Shown: piece by piece, positions 37,279-47,575 of the stretch
Layout of the letters: every line of letters starts with the position of its first letter
How positions within the stretch are numbered: position 1 is the stretch's first letter
DNA from: a bacterium
GTDB lineage: Bacteria; SAR324; XYD2-FULL-50-16
Length of the DNA stretch: 64,000 nt
NCBI GenBank assembly: GCA_024275165.1
Contig: JAJRZQ010000002.1
Coordinates: forward strand, 76,679 to 140,678
Direction: 5' to 3'
The notes under the pieces: model-generated
The model's database searches: none
The model's input: the letters and a program-made list of their open reading frames with translations, nothing else
Told to the model about the DNA's origin: nothing
Made by a program: the position numbers and the translations under genes

Positions 37279-39767
37279 CGGATCCTCTGCCAGTTGTTTT
37301 GGAAGGGGTTGGCGCTGCCGGGCCAGCTGGCTAGGTTTAAAGAAAAGGTGACTCTCTGCTCAACAGCCTCTTGACCCTCAAACTCCGTTAAGCGCTCTTC
37401 ATAGCCCAAAAAATAATCATAGCAGCTTTGTTTCCAGGTCAGGCCGAGTTGCAAATAATTGAGGCTGCGGTTGAGCCGCCCTGTTGTTTGCGCTTTTGGG
37501 AGCAGGCTTGCCTTGCGGCGGCTCAAATCGTAAAAGAGAGTGCCCACGAGGTGGAGCTTGGGGGTTAAACGCAGGTTGGGGGTGATTTGGTAGTATTCGG
37601 TATGGGGGCGGCTCACCAAGCCATCTAAGCTTTTGTAGGCTTTGCGGTTGTTGCGGTAGGTCAGGCCCACTTGGCTCCCCAACTCACTGCGGATGGATAG
37701 GTCCCAGGAGTTTTCCAAAACCTTTTTTTCTTCATGCCCATAGCGGTAAAATAAACCGGCATGAAAGCGGGGGCTGGGGTCTAAGCTGAAGGTGGCGCGC
37801 AGGGGCATTTTTTGGTTGCCGGGGCTGGTTTCTTGTATATCTTCAGGTAGTTGAGGGCCCTTGAAACGACGATTTTGCTCTTCTAAGCTGGCCATTCGAT
37901 TGAGATTATAAGGCTGTTTGAGTTCTAAAGACAGCAGGTCTTGTACGCGACCGTTTTTTTTGGTTAAGAGGTTGGTCGATAAGGCGGTCGTGAGGACTTT
38001 TTGCCCGTAAACGGGGGTCTCAAAAGTGCTGCCAAAGGTGCTGTAGTCTGTGGAATAGCCTTGAGTCGTAAAGTCGGCCCGGTTGTCGGTGAGGGGGGCG
38101 GCACCGGGGTAGGTGCCTAAGAGGCCTCTTTGGTCCACATCTTCCACCTCTTCATAGATCAGCCTGGGCCGAAAGCCCAAGCGGGCGTCGGCCTTGTTTT
38201 GCCGATTGTAAAAGAGGCGATAGACCTCGAAATTGACCTCAAGCCTTTTTTTTTCTATGGCAAAGGTGACCGGGTCTGGGTTTTCAATAAAATTAGGATC
38301 GTTGATTTGGCCCTGGGCTAGGTAATAGGGGTTTACCCGGTACAACTCCTTGCCCAAGGAGGGGAAAATATTTAAGAAATCAAGATTAAAGGGGTAACTT
38401 GCCGTGGCCCCCACTTGATTCCATTGGCTGTTCCAGCCCTCTTGACGAACATATTTAACGCTTTTTGCCGAGGTTTGGATACTGATACCGCTCCCTAAAA
38501 GGTTGGTAAAACGGTGGCTGAGGCGGATATTGGGTTGGGAGTTGAGGTAGGTTTTTTTGTTGGTCGAGGTATCGTAAATGGAGCGAGCGGTAAATTGATC
38601 GGTTTGCGCCCAACTCAGATTGGCCCCTCCCCCCGCCCAAGAGTAGACAAAGCTGGTGGAACTGGTTTGATGGGTCTCTAAATCGTTTTTGGCGTTATCA
38701 AATTCTTTGTAGATTTCATTGTCGCTGATTGAGGAGCGATGCACAAAAAATTGCCCGCCAAACAGTTTTTGCCGATGATCAAAGCGATAGCGAAAACGCT
38801 TGGCCTTGGCTTGGTAAGTTCCCGGTAGCCAGTTCCCTTCCCGGTCTTGGTATTGACCCTCAATAAAGGCGGGGTCGAGGTTGCGGTTTTCGTTCAGTTC
38901 CCAAAGGTTAAATCGGCCCGACATTCCGGGGGTAAAGGCATAGCGGTATTCAAAGCCGAGCCCTAAACCTCTGTTTTGTAAAAAGTCAAAGGTAAGGGTG
39001 GCATCTTGATCGCGGTCAATGGCGATAAAGTAAGGGATTTGTATTCTGGTCCCCCAATTTTTGCTTGCGTCGGCGTTGCCTCTTTGCGTGAGAAAATTCG
39101 GGGCGAGTACCCCCGAGGCGCGGCCTTTTTTAGTGGGCCAAGCAAAGTAGGGGCTGTAAAAAATGGGGGCTCCGTGAAAGAATAAAGTGGTATTGAATGC
39201 CTGGGCATAGTCATCGAGTCGGTAGATCACCGAGCTGTTGTAAAAGTGCCAGGCCGATTCTTCGGGTCGGCAGACCGTGATTTCCGCGTCTTCAATTGCA
39301 AAGGTTTGTTGGTCTAAGCGCACCACTTTGGGGGATTCGATGAAGGTATGATTGAGTTTGTCGTAGAGGTGAACCTCTTGAATCGTTAATTGGCGGCTTT
39401 GTAGGTCATACTCCGCCACGCTCGCGTTGATCATCACCTCAGGGCTGATGATGAAAATATTCCCCTGAAACAAAGCTTTTTTGGCTTTTTTATCATAGAC
39501 CAAGGAGCGGGCCAGCAGGGTCAGCCCGTCAAATTGAGCGCGCGGATTTTGATATAGGAGGAGTTGCTTTTCCCGGTCATAGCGGTAGCTTTCCCCTTCC
39601 AAAAAAAGCCCCTGCTCGCCCGCGAAGAGGGCGGAGGGGAAAAAGAGAAGAAAAAAGAAGAGCGGGGTTAAGCGCACAACCCCCCCCTGAACCCATTTGC
39701 CCTCGCCCAAGGACTCGCAAAACCGATGCGGTAGGGAGCGGGGGCGAGTCATGGTATAAGCCCGCAA
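37275..39767 (-). CDS. lptD: LPS-assembly outer-membrane protein LptD (OstA family)
   Basis: 830 aa, OstA N-terminal domain then large beta-barrel. Confidence 0.8.
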   Translation of the reverse strand: MRAYTMTRPRSLPHRFCESLGEGKWVQGGVVRLTPLFFFLLFFPSALFAGEQGLFLEGESYRYDREKQLLLYQNPRAQFDGLTLLARSLVYDKKAKKALFQGNIFIISPEVMINASVAEYDLQSRQLTIQEVHLYDKLNHTFIESPKVVRLDQQTFAIEDAEITVCRPEESAWHFYNSSVIYRLDDYAQAFNTTLFFHGAPIFYSPYFAWPTKKGRASGVLAPNFLTQRGNADASKNWGTRIQIPYFIAIDRDQDATLTFDFLQNRGLGLGFEYRYAFTPGMSGRFNLWELNENRNLDPAFIEGQYQDREGNWLPGTYQAKAKRFRYRFDHRQKLFGGQFFVHRSSISDNEIYKEFDNAKNDLETHQTSSTSFVYSWAGGGANLSWAQTDQFTARSIYDTSTNKKTYLNSQPNIRLSHRFTNLLGSGISIQTSAKSVKYVRQEGWNSQWNQVGATASYPFNLDFLNIFPSLGKELYRVNPYYLAQGQINDPNFIENPDPVTFAIEKKRLEVNFEVYRLFYNRQNKADARLGFRPRLIYEEVEDVDQRGLLGTYPGAAPLTDNRADFTTQGYSTDYSTFGSTFETPVYGQKVLTTALSTNLLTKKNGRVQDLLSLELKQPYNLNRMASLEEQNRRFKGPQLPEDIQETSPGNQKMPLRATFSLDPSPRFHAGLFYRYGHEEKKVLENSWDLSIRSELGSQVGLTYRNNRKAYKSLDGLVSRPHTEYYQITPNLRLTPKLHLVGTLFYDLSRRKASLLPKAQTTGRLNRSLNYLQLGLTWKQSCYDYFLGYEERLTEFEGQEAVEQRVTFSLNLASWPGSANPFQNNWQRIR

Positions 39768-39779
39768 GGGGGGGTTAAG

Positions 39780-41651
39780 CTAGTTTGCCAGGGACTTGGC
39801 GTACAACTCGGCGAGTTGGGCCAAGAGCCGCTGCTGCCGGGTGACTAGGCTGCTTGGGTCTTCTAGGGACCCCTCCAGCAAACTGGCGCCTTCAAAGAGC
39901 TCTAAAATAACCTCTTTGATCGTTTTATCCTTCGGTTTTCTTTCGTGAATTTTAGCCAAGGACTTGATCAAGGGGCTGCGTGTATTGATCTCTAAGATTT
40001 TTTTGCCTCCCGCGAAATTTGGGTCCATCATCTTCATCATCCGTTCCATCTGGGCATCCATGCCGCCTTGGCCCGCGACTAAGGTGCAGGGGTTGTCGAC
40101 CAAGCGTTTGGATTCAATGACATCCGCCACTCGTTCGCCCAAGACTTTTTTGAACTTTTCGAGGATGCTTTTCTTTTTCTCTTCAGAGAGGTCGCGCTTT
40201 TTTTGCTCTTCTTCTTTGGAGAGGTCAACTTCGGCCTTGTCGATGGCAACGAGTTGCTTTTCCTTATAAGGGCCCAGGCCGGGCATGATGAAGTGGTCGA
40301 CTTCGTCGTAGAGGTATAAGACTTCAAGCTCATTGCGCTTAAAGTACTCTAAATTCGGGTTGGCCTCAATCGCTTCTTGAGTTTTCCCGTATACGAAATA
40401 GATTTCTTTTTGGTTTTCCGGCATGCGCTCTAGGTACTCGCTCAAGCTGACCAACCCTTGGGGCTCTTTGGAACTGGCGGCGCGGTACAACTCGATGAGT
40501 TTGTCTTTATTGGCGTAATCGGTATGGAGCCCTTCTTTGATGAAGTTGCCGAAGGCCCTCCAAAAGGCAGTATATTTTTCCTTATCCGATTCGGCCCAAG
40601 CGGCAAAGTCGCCCAAGAGTTTTTTAACCAAATATTTTTGGATCTTGTGCATCATGGCGCTGTGCTGGGTGACTTCCCTGCTGATATTGAGGGGCAGGTC
40701 TTCTGAATCCACCACGCCGTTGACAAAGCGCAGCCATTGGGGCAGCAGGTCCTTGCAATCGCTTTGGATAAAAACCTTTTTCACATAGAGGCGCAAGCTT
40801 GTTTCCAGTTCCGTGGTGAAGAGGTTGCGGTCTGCTTCAGAGGGAATATAGAGCAAGGCCTTGAATTGAACCGGCGCTTCGGCGGCGAGGTGGAGGCGGT
40901 GCATGGGATCATCGTAGCGGTGGCTGATGTATTGGTAGAACTCTTTATACTGCTCTTCGCTGATTTCGTTTTTATTTTTTGACCATAAGGCACTGGACTG
41001 GTTGATTTTTTCCCCGTTCAACTCAATGGGGAAGCTGACAAAGTCCGAATAGCGTTTGATGGTTTCTTCCACCTTCCATTTCTTGGCGAATTCCTCGGCA
41101 TCCTCTTTTAAGGTAAAGGTGATGCTGGTGCCCCGCTGTTGGCTCTCCGTTTCTTCGATGCTGTATTTTCCGGTGCCTTTGCTGACCCAGCGGTGCGCGG
41201 TCCCTCCTTGGCAGCTTTTGGTTTCGACCGAAACCTCTTCTGCGACCATGAAGACCGCATAAAAGCCCACCCCAAAACGACCGATCAATTCAATGTCTTT
41301 GGTTTTGTCTCCCGTCAGGTTCTTGGCGAAGTTCGCCGTTCCCGAATTGGCGATGGTGCCTAGGTTGGCGATTAATTCTTCTTTGGTCATGCCCACCCCG
41401 TTATCTGCGATGGTGAGGGTCTTTTTTTCCTCATCTAAGGTGATGGTGATTTGTAAGTCGCCCTCGTCTTTTAAGAGGTCGGACTGGGTCAGGCTGGCAA
41501 AATGGAGTTTGGATAAGGCGTCGGAGGCGTTGGAGATGAGTTCTCTTAAAAAGATCTCCCGATGGGAGTAGAGAGAGTGGGTGATCAAGTGTAAAAGTTG
41601 GCTCATTTCAGCTTGAAACTGAAACTCTTCAACTTGAGCTTGTTGGTTCAT
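39780..41651 (-). CDS. htpG: molecular chaperone HtpG (Hsp90)
   Basis: ELISNASDALSKL, GTIANSGT, GRFGVGFYA ATPase motifs. Confidence 0.95.
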   Translation of the reverse strand: MNQQAQVEEFQFQAEMSQLLHLITHSLYSHREIFLRELISNASDALSKLHFASLTQSDLLKDEGDLQITITLDEEKKTLTIADNGVGMTKEELIANLGTIANSGTANFAKNLTGDKTKDIELIGRFGVGFYAVFMVAEEVSVETKSCQGGTAHRWVSKGTGKYSIEETESQQRGTSITFTLKEDAEEFAKKWKVEETIKRYSDFVSFPIELNGEKINQSSALWSKNKNEISEEQYKEFYQYISHRYDDPMHRLHLAAEAPVQFKALLYIPSEADRNLFTTELETSLRLYVKKVFIQSDCKDLLPQWLRFVNGVVDSEDLPLNISREVTQHSAMMHKIQKYLVKKLLGDFAAWAESDKEKYTAFWRAFGNFIKEGLHTDYANKDKLIELYRAASSKEPQGLVSLSEYLERMPENQKEIYFVYGKTQEAIEANPNLEYFKRNELEVLYLYDEVDHFIMPGLGPYKEKQLVAIDKAEVDLSKEEEQKKRDLSEEKKKSILEKFKKVLGERVADVIESKRLVDNPCTLVAGQGGMDAQMERMMKMMDPNFAGGKKILEINTRSPLIKSLAKIHERKPKDKTIKEVILELFEGASLLEGSLEDPSSLVTRQQRLLAQLAELYAKSLAN

Positions 41652-41754
41652 GTCTATCCCTGTTTTGGTTCCTTAGGTTGTCAGGCGATTGTGCCGAAAT
41701 AATCTATAGCATTAGCAAAACAGTGAATTTTCGTCAATGGAGGCTAGGGGGGGG

Positions 41755-43737
41755 CTACCTGGAAATTTGAATGGTCTTGATTCCCAGTTTTTCTTGCAAG
41801 AGCTGAACGACATATTGCACCTCGGGGTGTTGCCATTTTTCTGGCGGGAGGAAGTGAAAGAGGTCGAGTAGTTGTTGGTAGGCCTGTTGCGCCAAGTCTT
41901 CAGTCTGCATGTTGCACATTTTAAATTCCGCTTCGCAGAGGCCGATCTGCCCTTCTTTGATTTCTCCCATATCGCGACGAGCCTCATCGAGGTTGGCGAT
42001 TTCTTCATCATTGATTTTTCGGCTTCGGGCTAAGGTGCTTGTTTCTTCGGTGCTGCTGGTCAGCAAAAACATATAGGGATCGATGAACTGCTCGGCTAAG
42101 AGGGTTTCATTTTCTTTGTCCGATTTTTTGGGGGGGTCTTTTTCAAAAGAAGTAAGCCCTAAGGCAAAGATTAAGGGTTCCCCCACCCGCCCATAGGTCA
42201 AATAGGCGGCGTAATATTCCATCACCGGTTTGGGGGCATGGAGGGGGGAAAATTCATTGGCAAAGACTTTCTGGGTCTCTCTGGAGAGCACATAAAAGAG
42301 TTGCAGAAAAGCCTTTTTAAAGTGATCGATTTGGTTTTTGTCTCCAAAAAGATATTGCATCGCCATTAAGCCCCGGCGGGTTCCCCCTTGGCTGGGGCCG
42401 CGCCAGGCCACTACGCTGGTGTTGATTTGGCGCATCATCATCAGCCGTTCATTGCTTGCCGGGTTTTTATCCACCACCAAGACATCTTCAATGCTGTCGA
42501 ACTCTCCCGCTTCGTTGAAGATTTCTTCCATGCTTTTGAGTTCGGGGCCCTCGCCTGGTTTGCCGCTGTCTCCTCGTAGATCCTTGAAAAACTGCAAGAC
42601 CGATTCAATCGCGAGCATTCCGCGGGTCTTAAACATCATCATGGTTACATAAACGCGACCTAAAAGGCTGGGGTCGTCAATGCCTTGGTCGTACTTTCTT
42701 ACCGTGTCGGCAAAAATCTCCTCCACGCTTTTGTCGGGTTGCCCTAATAAGAGGCGCAGGCAATCTCGAATGTCTTTGAGGATGGCGTCTAGGGTGCTGG
42801 GGGCTAGTTGTTCCAAAAACTCCAAAAGCAAACGCTTGGTCTCTTGTTGGGCGAAGAGTTCTTCATCGAGCAGGTGTAAAATCAAGGCGTCGGGGGGGAG
42901 GAGCTGGCGGTTGAGCTCTAAAAAACAAGCGCTGAGCATGGCCATGTGATGGGGGCGCACCCCGGGCAGGCTCCCTGGTTTGCTGAGGCCTAAGAAGAAG
43001 AGTTTTAAGAAGTCATAGCGCTTTTTCGCGTAGATGGGCAGCATGCGGTGAGATTGCACAAAAGCGATTAAATCAACGAGGGCTAGGGGTAAATCCTGCC
43101 CCTTGAGATGAGAGGATAGCTCTTTGTTGTTTAATTGGCGCAAAATGTGACGGAGCAGGTCTAAGGAAAGCTCCATATCAATGCGCAATTTTTGTGATTT
43201 CTCTTGCAGGTAGCGAGGGTTGAAAAATTTCAATATTTTCTCCGCCAATTCAAAGCGGAAGGTATAAAGCGCGTGGACTTGGCTATCCACGACTTTATGA
43301 CTGAAGAGTTCTTTTTTTTCCGCCAAGGTGGCAATGACCTTATCGGTTCCCGGAAAGGTGCGAATAAAGGCCAAGGCGAGAGACTGACAGCCTTTCGGGT
43401 CCGAATCCAACAGGTATTGGGCGGTCAATTCAACCTTGTCCACATCGCCTAAGAGGTAGATGGTCTCTAAGGCAAAGAGTCGCCTCATGCGGTTGAGGCG
43501 GTTGAGTTCGATCCAAGCGGTGCTGACGCGTTCTGAAATGGCCTGAACCAAGGCGGGGTTGGCTCCGGTTGTTTTTCCCATTTCTTCAATGGCTTTTTTG
43601 GCTTTTTCTAAGGGCAGGGGTTCTTGGGCTTCGATGATATCCAACAGGGTTAAGTCTCGTTCTTTGCTTTGAATCCGTTTGCGTTTTTGCAACAGGATAA
43701 AGCGGTCGACTTTGTAGTTGAATTGATCCTCGCTCAT
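41755..43737 (-). CDS. large conserved hypothetical protein (no recognisable domain)
   Basis: ~660 aa ORF; start MSEDQF abuts stop of upstream membrane-protein gene. Confidence 0.5.
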   Translation of the reverse strand: MSEDQFNYKVDRFILLQKRKRIQSKERDLTLLDIIEAQEPLPLEKAKKAIEEMGKTTGANPALVQAISERVSTAWIELNRLNRMRRLFALETIYLLGDVDKVELTAQYLLDSDPKGCQSLALAFIRTFPGTDKVIATLAEKKELFSHKVVDSQVHALYTFRFELAEKILKFFNPRYLQEKSQKLRIDMELSLDLLRHILRQLNNKELSSHLKGQDLPLALVDLIAFVQSHRMLPIYAKKRYDFLKLFFLGLSKPGSLPGVRPHHMAMLSACFLELNRQLLPPDALILHLLDEELFAQQETKRLLLEFLEQLAPSTLDAILKDIRDCLRLLLGQPDKSVEEIFADTVRKYDQGIDDPSLLGRVYVTMMMFKTRGMLAIESVLQFFKDLRGDSGKPGEGPELKSMEEIFNEAGEFDSIEDVLVVDKNPASNERLMMMRQINTSVVAWRGPSQGGTRRGLMAMQYLFGDKNQIDHFKKAFLQLFYVLSRETQKVFANEFSPLHAPKPVMEYYAAYLTYGRVGEPLIFALGLTSFEKDPPKKSDKENETLLAEQFIDPYMFLLTSSTEETSTLARSRKINDEEIANLDEARRDMGEIKEGQIGLCEAEFKMCNMQTEDLAQQAYQQLLDLFHFLPPEKWQHPEVQYVVQLLQEKLGIKTIQISR

Positions 43738-44303
43738 GCTTGCCTTGGCGGGGGGGCATGCAGGGCCAACCATTGCCCGATCTCACCTAAGTTGGTGTTG
43801 AGCGCCCATTGGTTCAGTTTTTCAGGAGGAACGGAAACTTGATATTGTTCCGCTAAAAGCCGCAACCAATGTTGAAATTGGGTTTGGGTGACATGGATTA
43901 AATTGTTGTCCCGGTCAAAGTGAGAGGTTGTGGACTCGTCCGCCGCGATGGGGGAAAACTGGGTCGAGGGGCTCAACTCCTCGAGCGACACCTCGGGGAT
44001 TGCTTGGCAAAGGGTTTCGCTGAGTTTGGGTTCCAGCCAAAGGGCCTCAATGGGTTTGGTCTGGGTGGCCTCCCAGGGGTTGGGGGAGGGGGTTTTTGTT
44101 TTCGGGTTCGCCTCGTTGCGGCTATGGCCTTCTTCAAGTTGGTCGGCAGCGTAAAAAAAGAGCTGGCTGACTCCATAGTAAACGCCGATAAAAACGAGCC
44201 AGAGGGTGAGGCCCGAGAGCTGAAAGGCGCTGACCACACTCATGGCGACAAACAAGGAAACGGCAACCCGCAAAAAGCTTTTTCCCATGGGGGATCGCTG
44301 CAT
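43734..44303 (-). CDS. hypothetical membrane protein
   Basis: two N-terminal TM helices, P/S/T-rich cytoplasmic tail. Confidence 0.45.
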   Translation of the reverse strand: MQRSPMGKSFLRVAVSLFVAMSVVSAFQLSGLTLWLVFIGVYYGVSQLFFYAADQLEEGHSRNEANPKTKTPSPNPWEATQTKPIEALWLEPKLSETLCQAIPEVSLEELSPSTQFSPIAADESTTSHFDRDNNLIHVTQTQFQHWLRLLAEQYQVSVPPEKLNQWALNTNLGEIGQWLALHAPPPRQA

Positions 44304-44497
44304 AAAATTCTTAAGTTTACAATAAGTTAAAATACATAATTCAAGTTATTGTACTCGTTGTTTGTTAATTGGTCAAAATCTTTGTCTAGGCAACTTGCTT
44401 GAGTTTAGGCCTTTGTTCCTCTCTCTGCTTTATAATCCTTGAAAAAGAGTAATGTTTAGGGTATGTTCAAGCAACTGGACACGCGAATACGACACCT

Positions 44498-45574
44498 ATG
44501 AGTCAGCTCTCACCGACCTCATCTTTATCCCCCGTTAGCCAAACCATGCCGGAGTTAAAGCAGAAATTGCTCTTGGTAGACGATCATCAAGAAAATTTAA
44601 CGGTTTTAAAGGCGGTGTTGAAAAATCAAGGCTATGATTTGGTGACCGCGTTGAATGGAAAAGAAGCTTTACATCAAGTTACCTTGTTCGATTTTGACTT
44701 GATTTTGCTCGACATCATGATGCCTGAACTCGATGGCTACGAAGTTTGCCAAATACTTAAGGCAGACCCGGATACGGTTGGGGTGCCGATTATTTTTATT
44801 ACGGCTAAAACCGATTTTGAATCCGTGGTCAAAGGTTATGAACTGGGGGCCGTTGATTATGTGACCAAGCCCTTTAACCCCGCGATTTTGCGGGTACGGA
44901 TCAAAAACCATTTGCGTTTGCGGCAAGCGGAGTTGGATTTGAAACGATCCGTAGCCTCCTTAGAGCAAGAAATGGCGCATCGGGTCGAGGTAGAACGAAT
45001 GTTGCGCCTGCGGGAAAAGGAATTAGAGCGCTTTGCCCTGCTCGACGGCTTGACTCAAATCGCCAATCGTCGGCGTTTCGATGAATACCTACAGTTCCAA
45101 TGGGCCAATAAAAAGCGTTCTAAAAAGCCAATCAGCTTGGTTTTATGCGATATCGACTTTTTTAAGCAGTTCAACGATCATTACGGGCATCAAGCGGGGG
45201 ATCAAGCCTTGCAGAATGTGGCCCGCGCCTTGCAACGCACTTTAAAGCGCCCTGAAGATATCGCCTGCCGGTACGGCGGAGAAGAATTTGTTTTGGTCTT
45301 GCCCGATACCCCGACCGAGGGCGCGGTCACGATTGCTCATCGGTTGCAAGAGTTTATTCAGGATTTGCAGATTCCTCATGAGTTTTCCAGGGCCAACCCT
45401 CTGCTGACCTTGAGCATGGGGGTGTCGACCCTGACCCCTGCCAATGATTGCAGTATGGAAGAGCTGATTCAACGGGCCGACCAATGTTTGTACGCGGCGA
45501 AAAGACAGGGTAGAAATCGCGTGGTGGCGGTTCTTGCAGAAGATGAAACAGAGAACGCAACCCCCAATACTTAA
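44498..45574 (+). CDS. response regulator receiver-GGDEF diguanylate cyclase
   Basis: REC (LLVDDHQENL...DLILLDIMMPELDGYEV) + GGDEF with intact RYGGEEF active site. Confidence 0.9.
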   Translation: MSQLSPTSSLSPVSQTMPELKQKLLLVDDHQENLTVLKAVLKNQGYDLVTALNGKEALHQVTLFDFDLILLDIMMPELDGYEVCQILKADPDTVGVPIIFITAKTDFESVVKGYELGAVDYVTKPFNPAILRVRIKNHLRLRQAELDLKRSVASLEQEMAHRVEVERMLRLREKELERFALLDGLTQIANRRRFDEYLQFQWANKKRSKKPISLVLCDIDFFKQFNDHYGHQAGDQALQNVARALQRTLKRPEDIACRYGGEEFVLVLPDTPTEGAVTIAHRLQEFIQDLQIPHEFSRANPLLTLSMGVSTLTPANDCSMEELIQRADQCLYAAKRQGRNRVVAVLAEDETENATPNT

Positions 45575-45586
45575 GGTGTAGGAATC

Positions 45587-46597
45587 ATGTCCGTAGGTAA
45601 ATTAACAGGTCCTAAAAAGGCGGCGATTCTACTTCTGGCGATGGGTGAAGAAGGCTCTGCCGAGGTAATTAAGAATTTAGAGGATCGCGAGATCCAACAG
45701 GTGGGTTATTACATGGCTCGCTTTACGGATGTGGCCCCCGAAGAGTTGGACGCGGTTTTAGAGGAGTTCTACCGTAAGGTAGCCATGCAGGATCAAGGCG
45801 TGGTGATCAACGCCAGCGGGGACTTTGTCAAAAACGCGATTGGCAAGGCCTTGGGGGATGATCGAGCCAAAGAATTGGTGGACAACCTAAAGGCAAGCAC
45901 CGACGAGGGGAGCCTAGATAGCCTGAAATGGCTGGAGCCCAAGGTGATTGCGGGGTTTATTTCAGGGGAACACCCCCAGACCATTGCCTTGATCCTAGCC
46001 CACTTAGAAGACCCGGAACAAACGGCCCATGTTTTGCGAGAACTCCCTGAAAACCTGCAAGCCGATGTGACCTATCGCATGGCGATTTTAGAAGCCATTC
46101 CCCCCGGGGTGGTCAAGGAAATCGAAGAGGTCTTAGCCCGGGAGTTGAGGTCTTCTGGGGCGGCGACCACCGCCAAGGTCGGGGGGGTGGAGGCCGTGGC
46201 CGAAATGCTCAACACCATGGATAAAACCACGGAATCCCGCATTTTAGCGACCATTGAAGAATCCAATCCCGACTTGGCCGAGCAGATTCGTGAATTGATG
46301 TTTACCTTTGAGGATCTCGTTTTGGTGGATCCCAACGGAATGCAGTTGCTGCTGAAGGAAATGCCGCAAAACGAGTTGGTTTTGGCTTTGAAGACAGCGA
46401 GCGACGCCATTAAAGAGCATATTTTTTCTAATATGTCCGAGCGGGCTGCCGACATGGTGCGCGACGACCTCGATGCCCTAGGGGCGGTACGGGTTGCCGA
46501 TGTGGATAATGCCCAGCAAAAAATGGTCAAGGTGGCGCGCAAGTTGGAAGAAGAAGGCAAAATCATCATCTCCGGGGCCGGTGGAGAAGTGGTTTAG
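45587..46597 (+). CDS. fliG: flagellar motor switch protein FliG
   Basis: 336 aa, characteristic FliG N/M/C domains, start 13 nt after DGC stop. Confidence 0.9.
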   Translation: MSVGKLTGPKKAAILLLAMGEEGSAEVIKNLEDREIQQVGYYMARFTDVAPEELDAVLEEFYRKVAMQDQGVVINASGDFVKNAIGKALGDDRAKELVDNLKASTDEGSLDSLKWLEPKVIAGFISGEHPQTIALILAHLEDPEQTAHVLRELPENLQADVTYRMAILEAIPPGVVKEIEEVLARELRSSGAATTAKVGGVEAVAEMLNTMDKTTESRILATIEESNPDLAEQIRELMFTFEDLVLVDPNGMQLLLKEMPQNELVLALKTASDAIKEHIFSNMSERAADMVRDDLDALGAVRVADVDNAQQKMVKVARKLEEEGKIIISGAGGEVV

Positions 46598-46756
46598 GGC
46601 CTCATCGCATCGGAGTCGGGCAGCGCGAGTCCAACGAAAAAAACACCTTGTCCCGCTCAACCGAGGTTGGGGCTTTGTGGCAGGCAAGCGCTCTCTTTCT
46701 TTTTCTCTTTCCCTTGCTGGGGGAATTCTCCATTTTTAACTTAAGACAATAAAAAA

Positions 46757-47561
46757 ATGCAATTTTTACTCGGTGATTACGACTGGGTGCCTCATTTGGT
46801 GGCCCAAACCCAAAAGCCTTTGATCCAAAGCCTCTTAGATGACGAGAATGCCCTATCGCATGGCTATCGCCAGGCCCTGGCCAATCGGCCAGGGTTGATT
46901 CGCACCCCCACGAGGGAGATCAATCAAAGTTTTTTGAGCCCCTTAAAAATGGAAGATCGGGTGGAAGCGGCCTGCAACATCGCGGTCAGCGCAGCCCGCC
47001 AGGCCTTGCGGGTTTTAGGGTTGGACTCGGTGCTTTGCGGGGTCGTGGGGCCCTTGGCGGGAGAGCCTCCTTGGAGCAAGGCCGATGTCTCCCGCTTTTT
47101 GGGGGAGGAGGCCATTTTTTTGATTGATAAAGAGGTAGACTGCCTCCAACTAGAGGGAGTCGGCGACTTAAAGAGCTTTCAACAGGTCTTGGAGATGATT
47201 AAGATGGTCAACTTGGCTCCGGTGCCCCTGTCCGCCTTTTTGGATTTAAGGCAAAAGCCGACGGATCAACTTTGGGTCGATTTGCTGACTTTAGCCAATG
47301 GTTTAGAATTAGAATTGGTGGGGATGGAGCTCACCTTAGAGCAGGCCTTGGATTTACCGCCCCCCCCCGGATTGGGGGGGTGGGGCCGGGGTCGGTTTTA
47401 TGCTCAAACCAGGGGGGAAAAGCTTAAGCCTAGAAGAAGAAGGCCAAGCCTTAAGCCGTTTGGTTGCGATGGACCCAAGCTTAATCTTGGGCGGGCAAGG
47501 AATGCGAGAAGCCCCCTGGCGGCAGTTAACCCAAGCGATGCAGGGATTGCGGGTAGGCTAA
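46757..47561 (+). CDS. hypothetical protein; reading frame probably shifts in C9/G7 tract near 47360-47380
   Basis: ORF 46757 runs into antisense of next gene (composition becomes junk after ~47400); alternative frame from 47400 gives plausible 53-aa C-terminus ending 47561. Confidence 0.35.
47360..47380 (+). repeat. homopolymeric C9 then G7 tract (slipped-strand / phase-variation candidate)
   Basis: ccccccccc gg att ggggggg. Confidence 0.8.
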
Positions 47562-47575
47562 ATGCGCTTGGCCCC

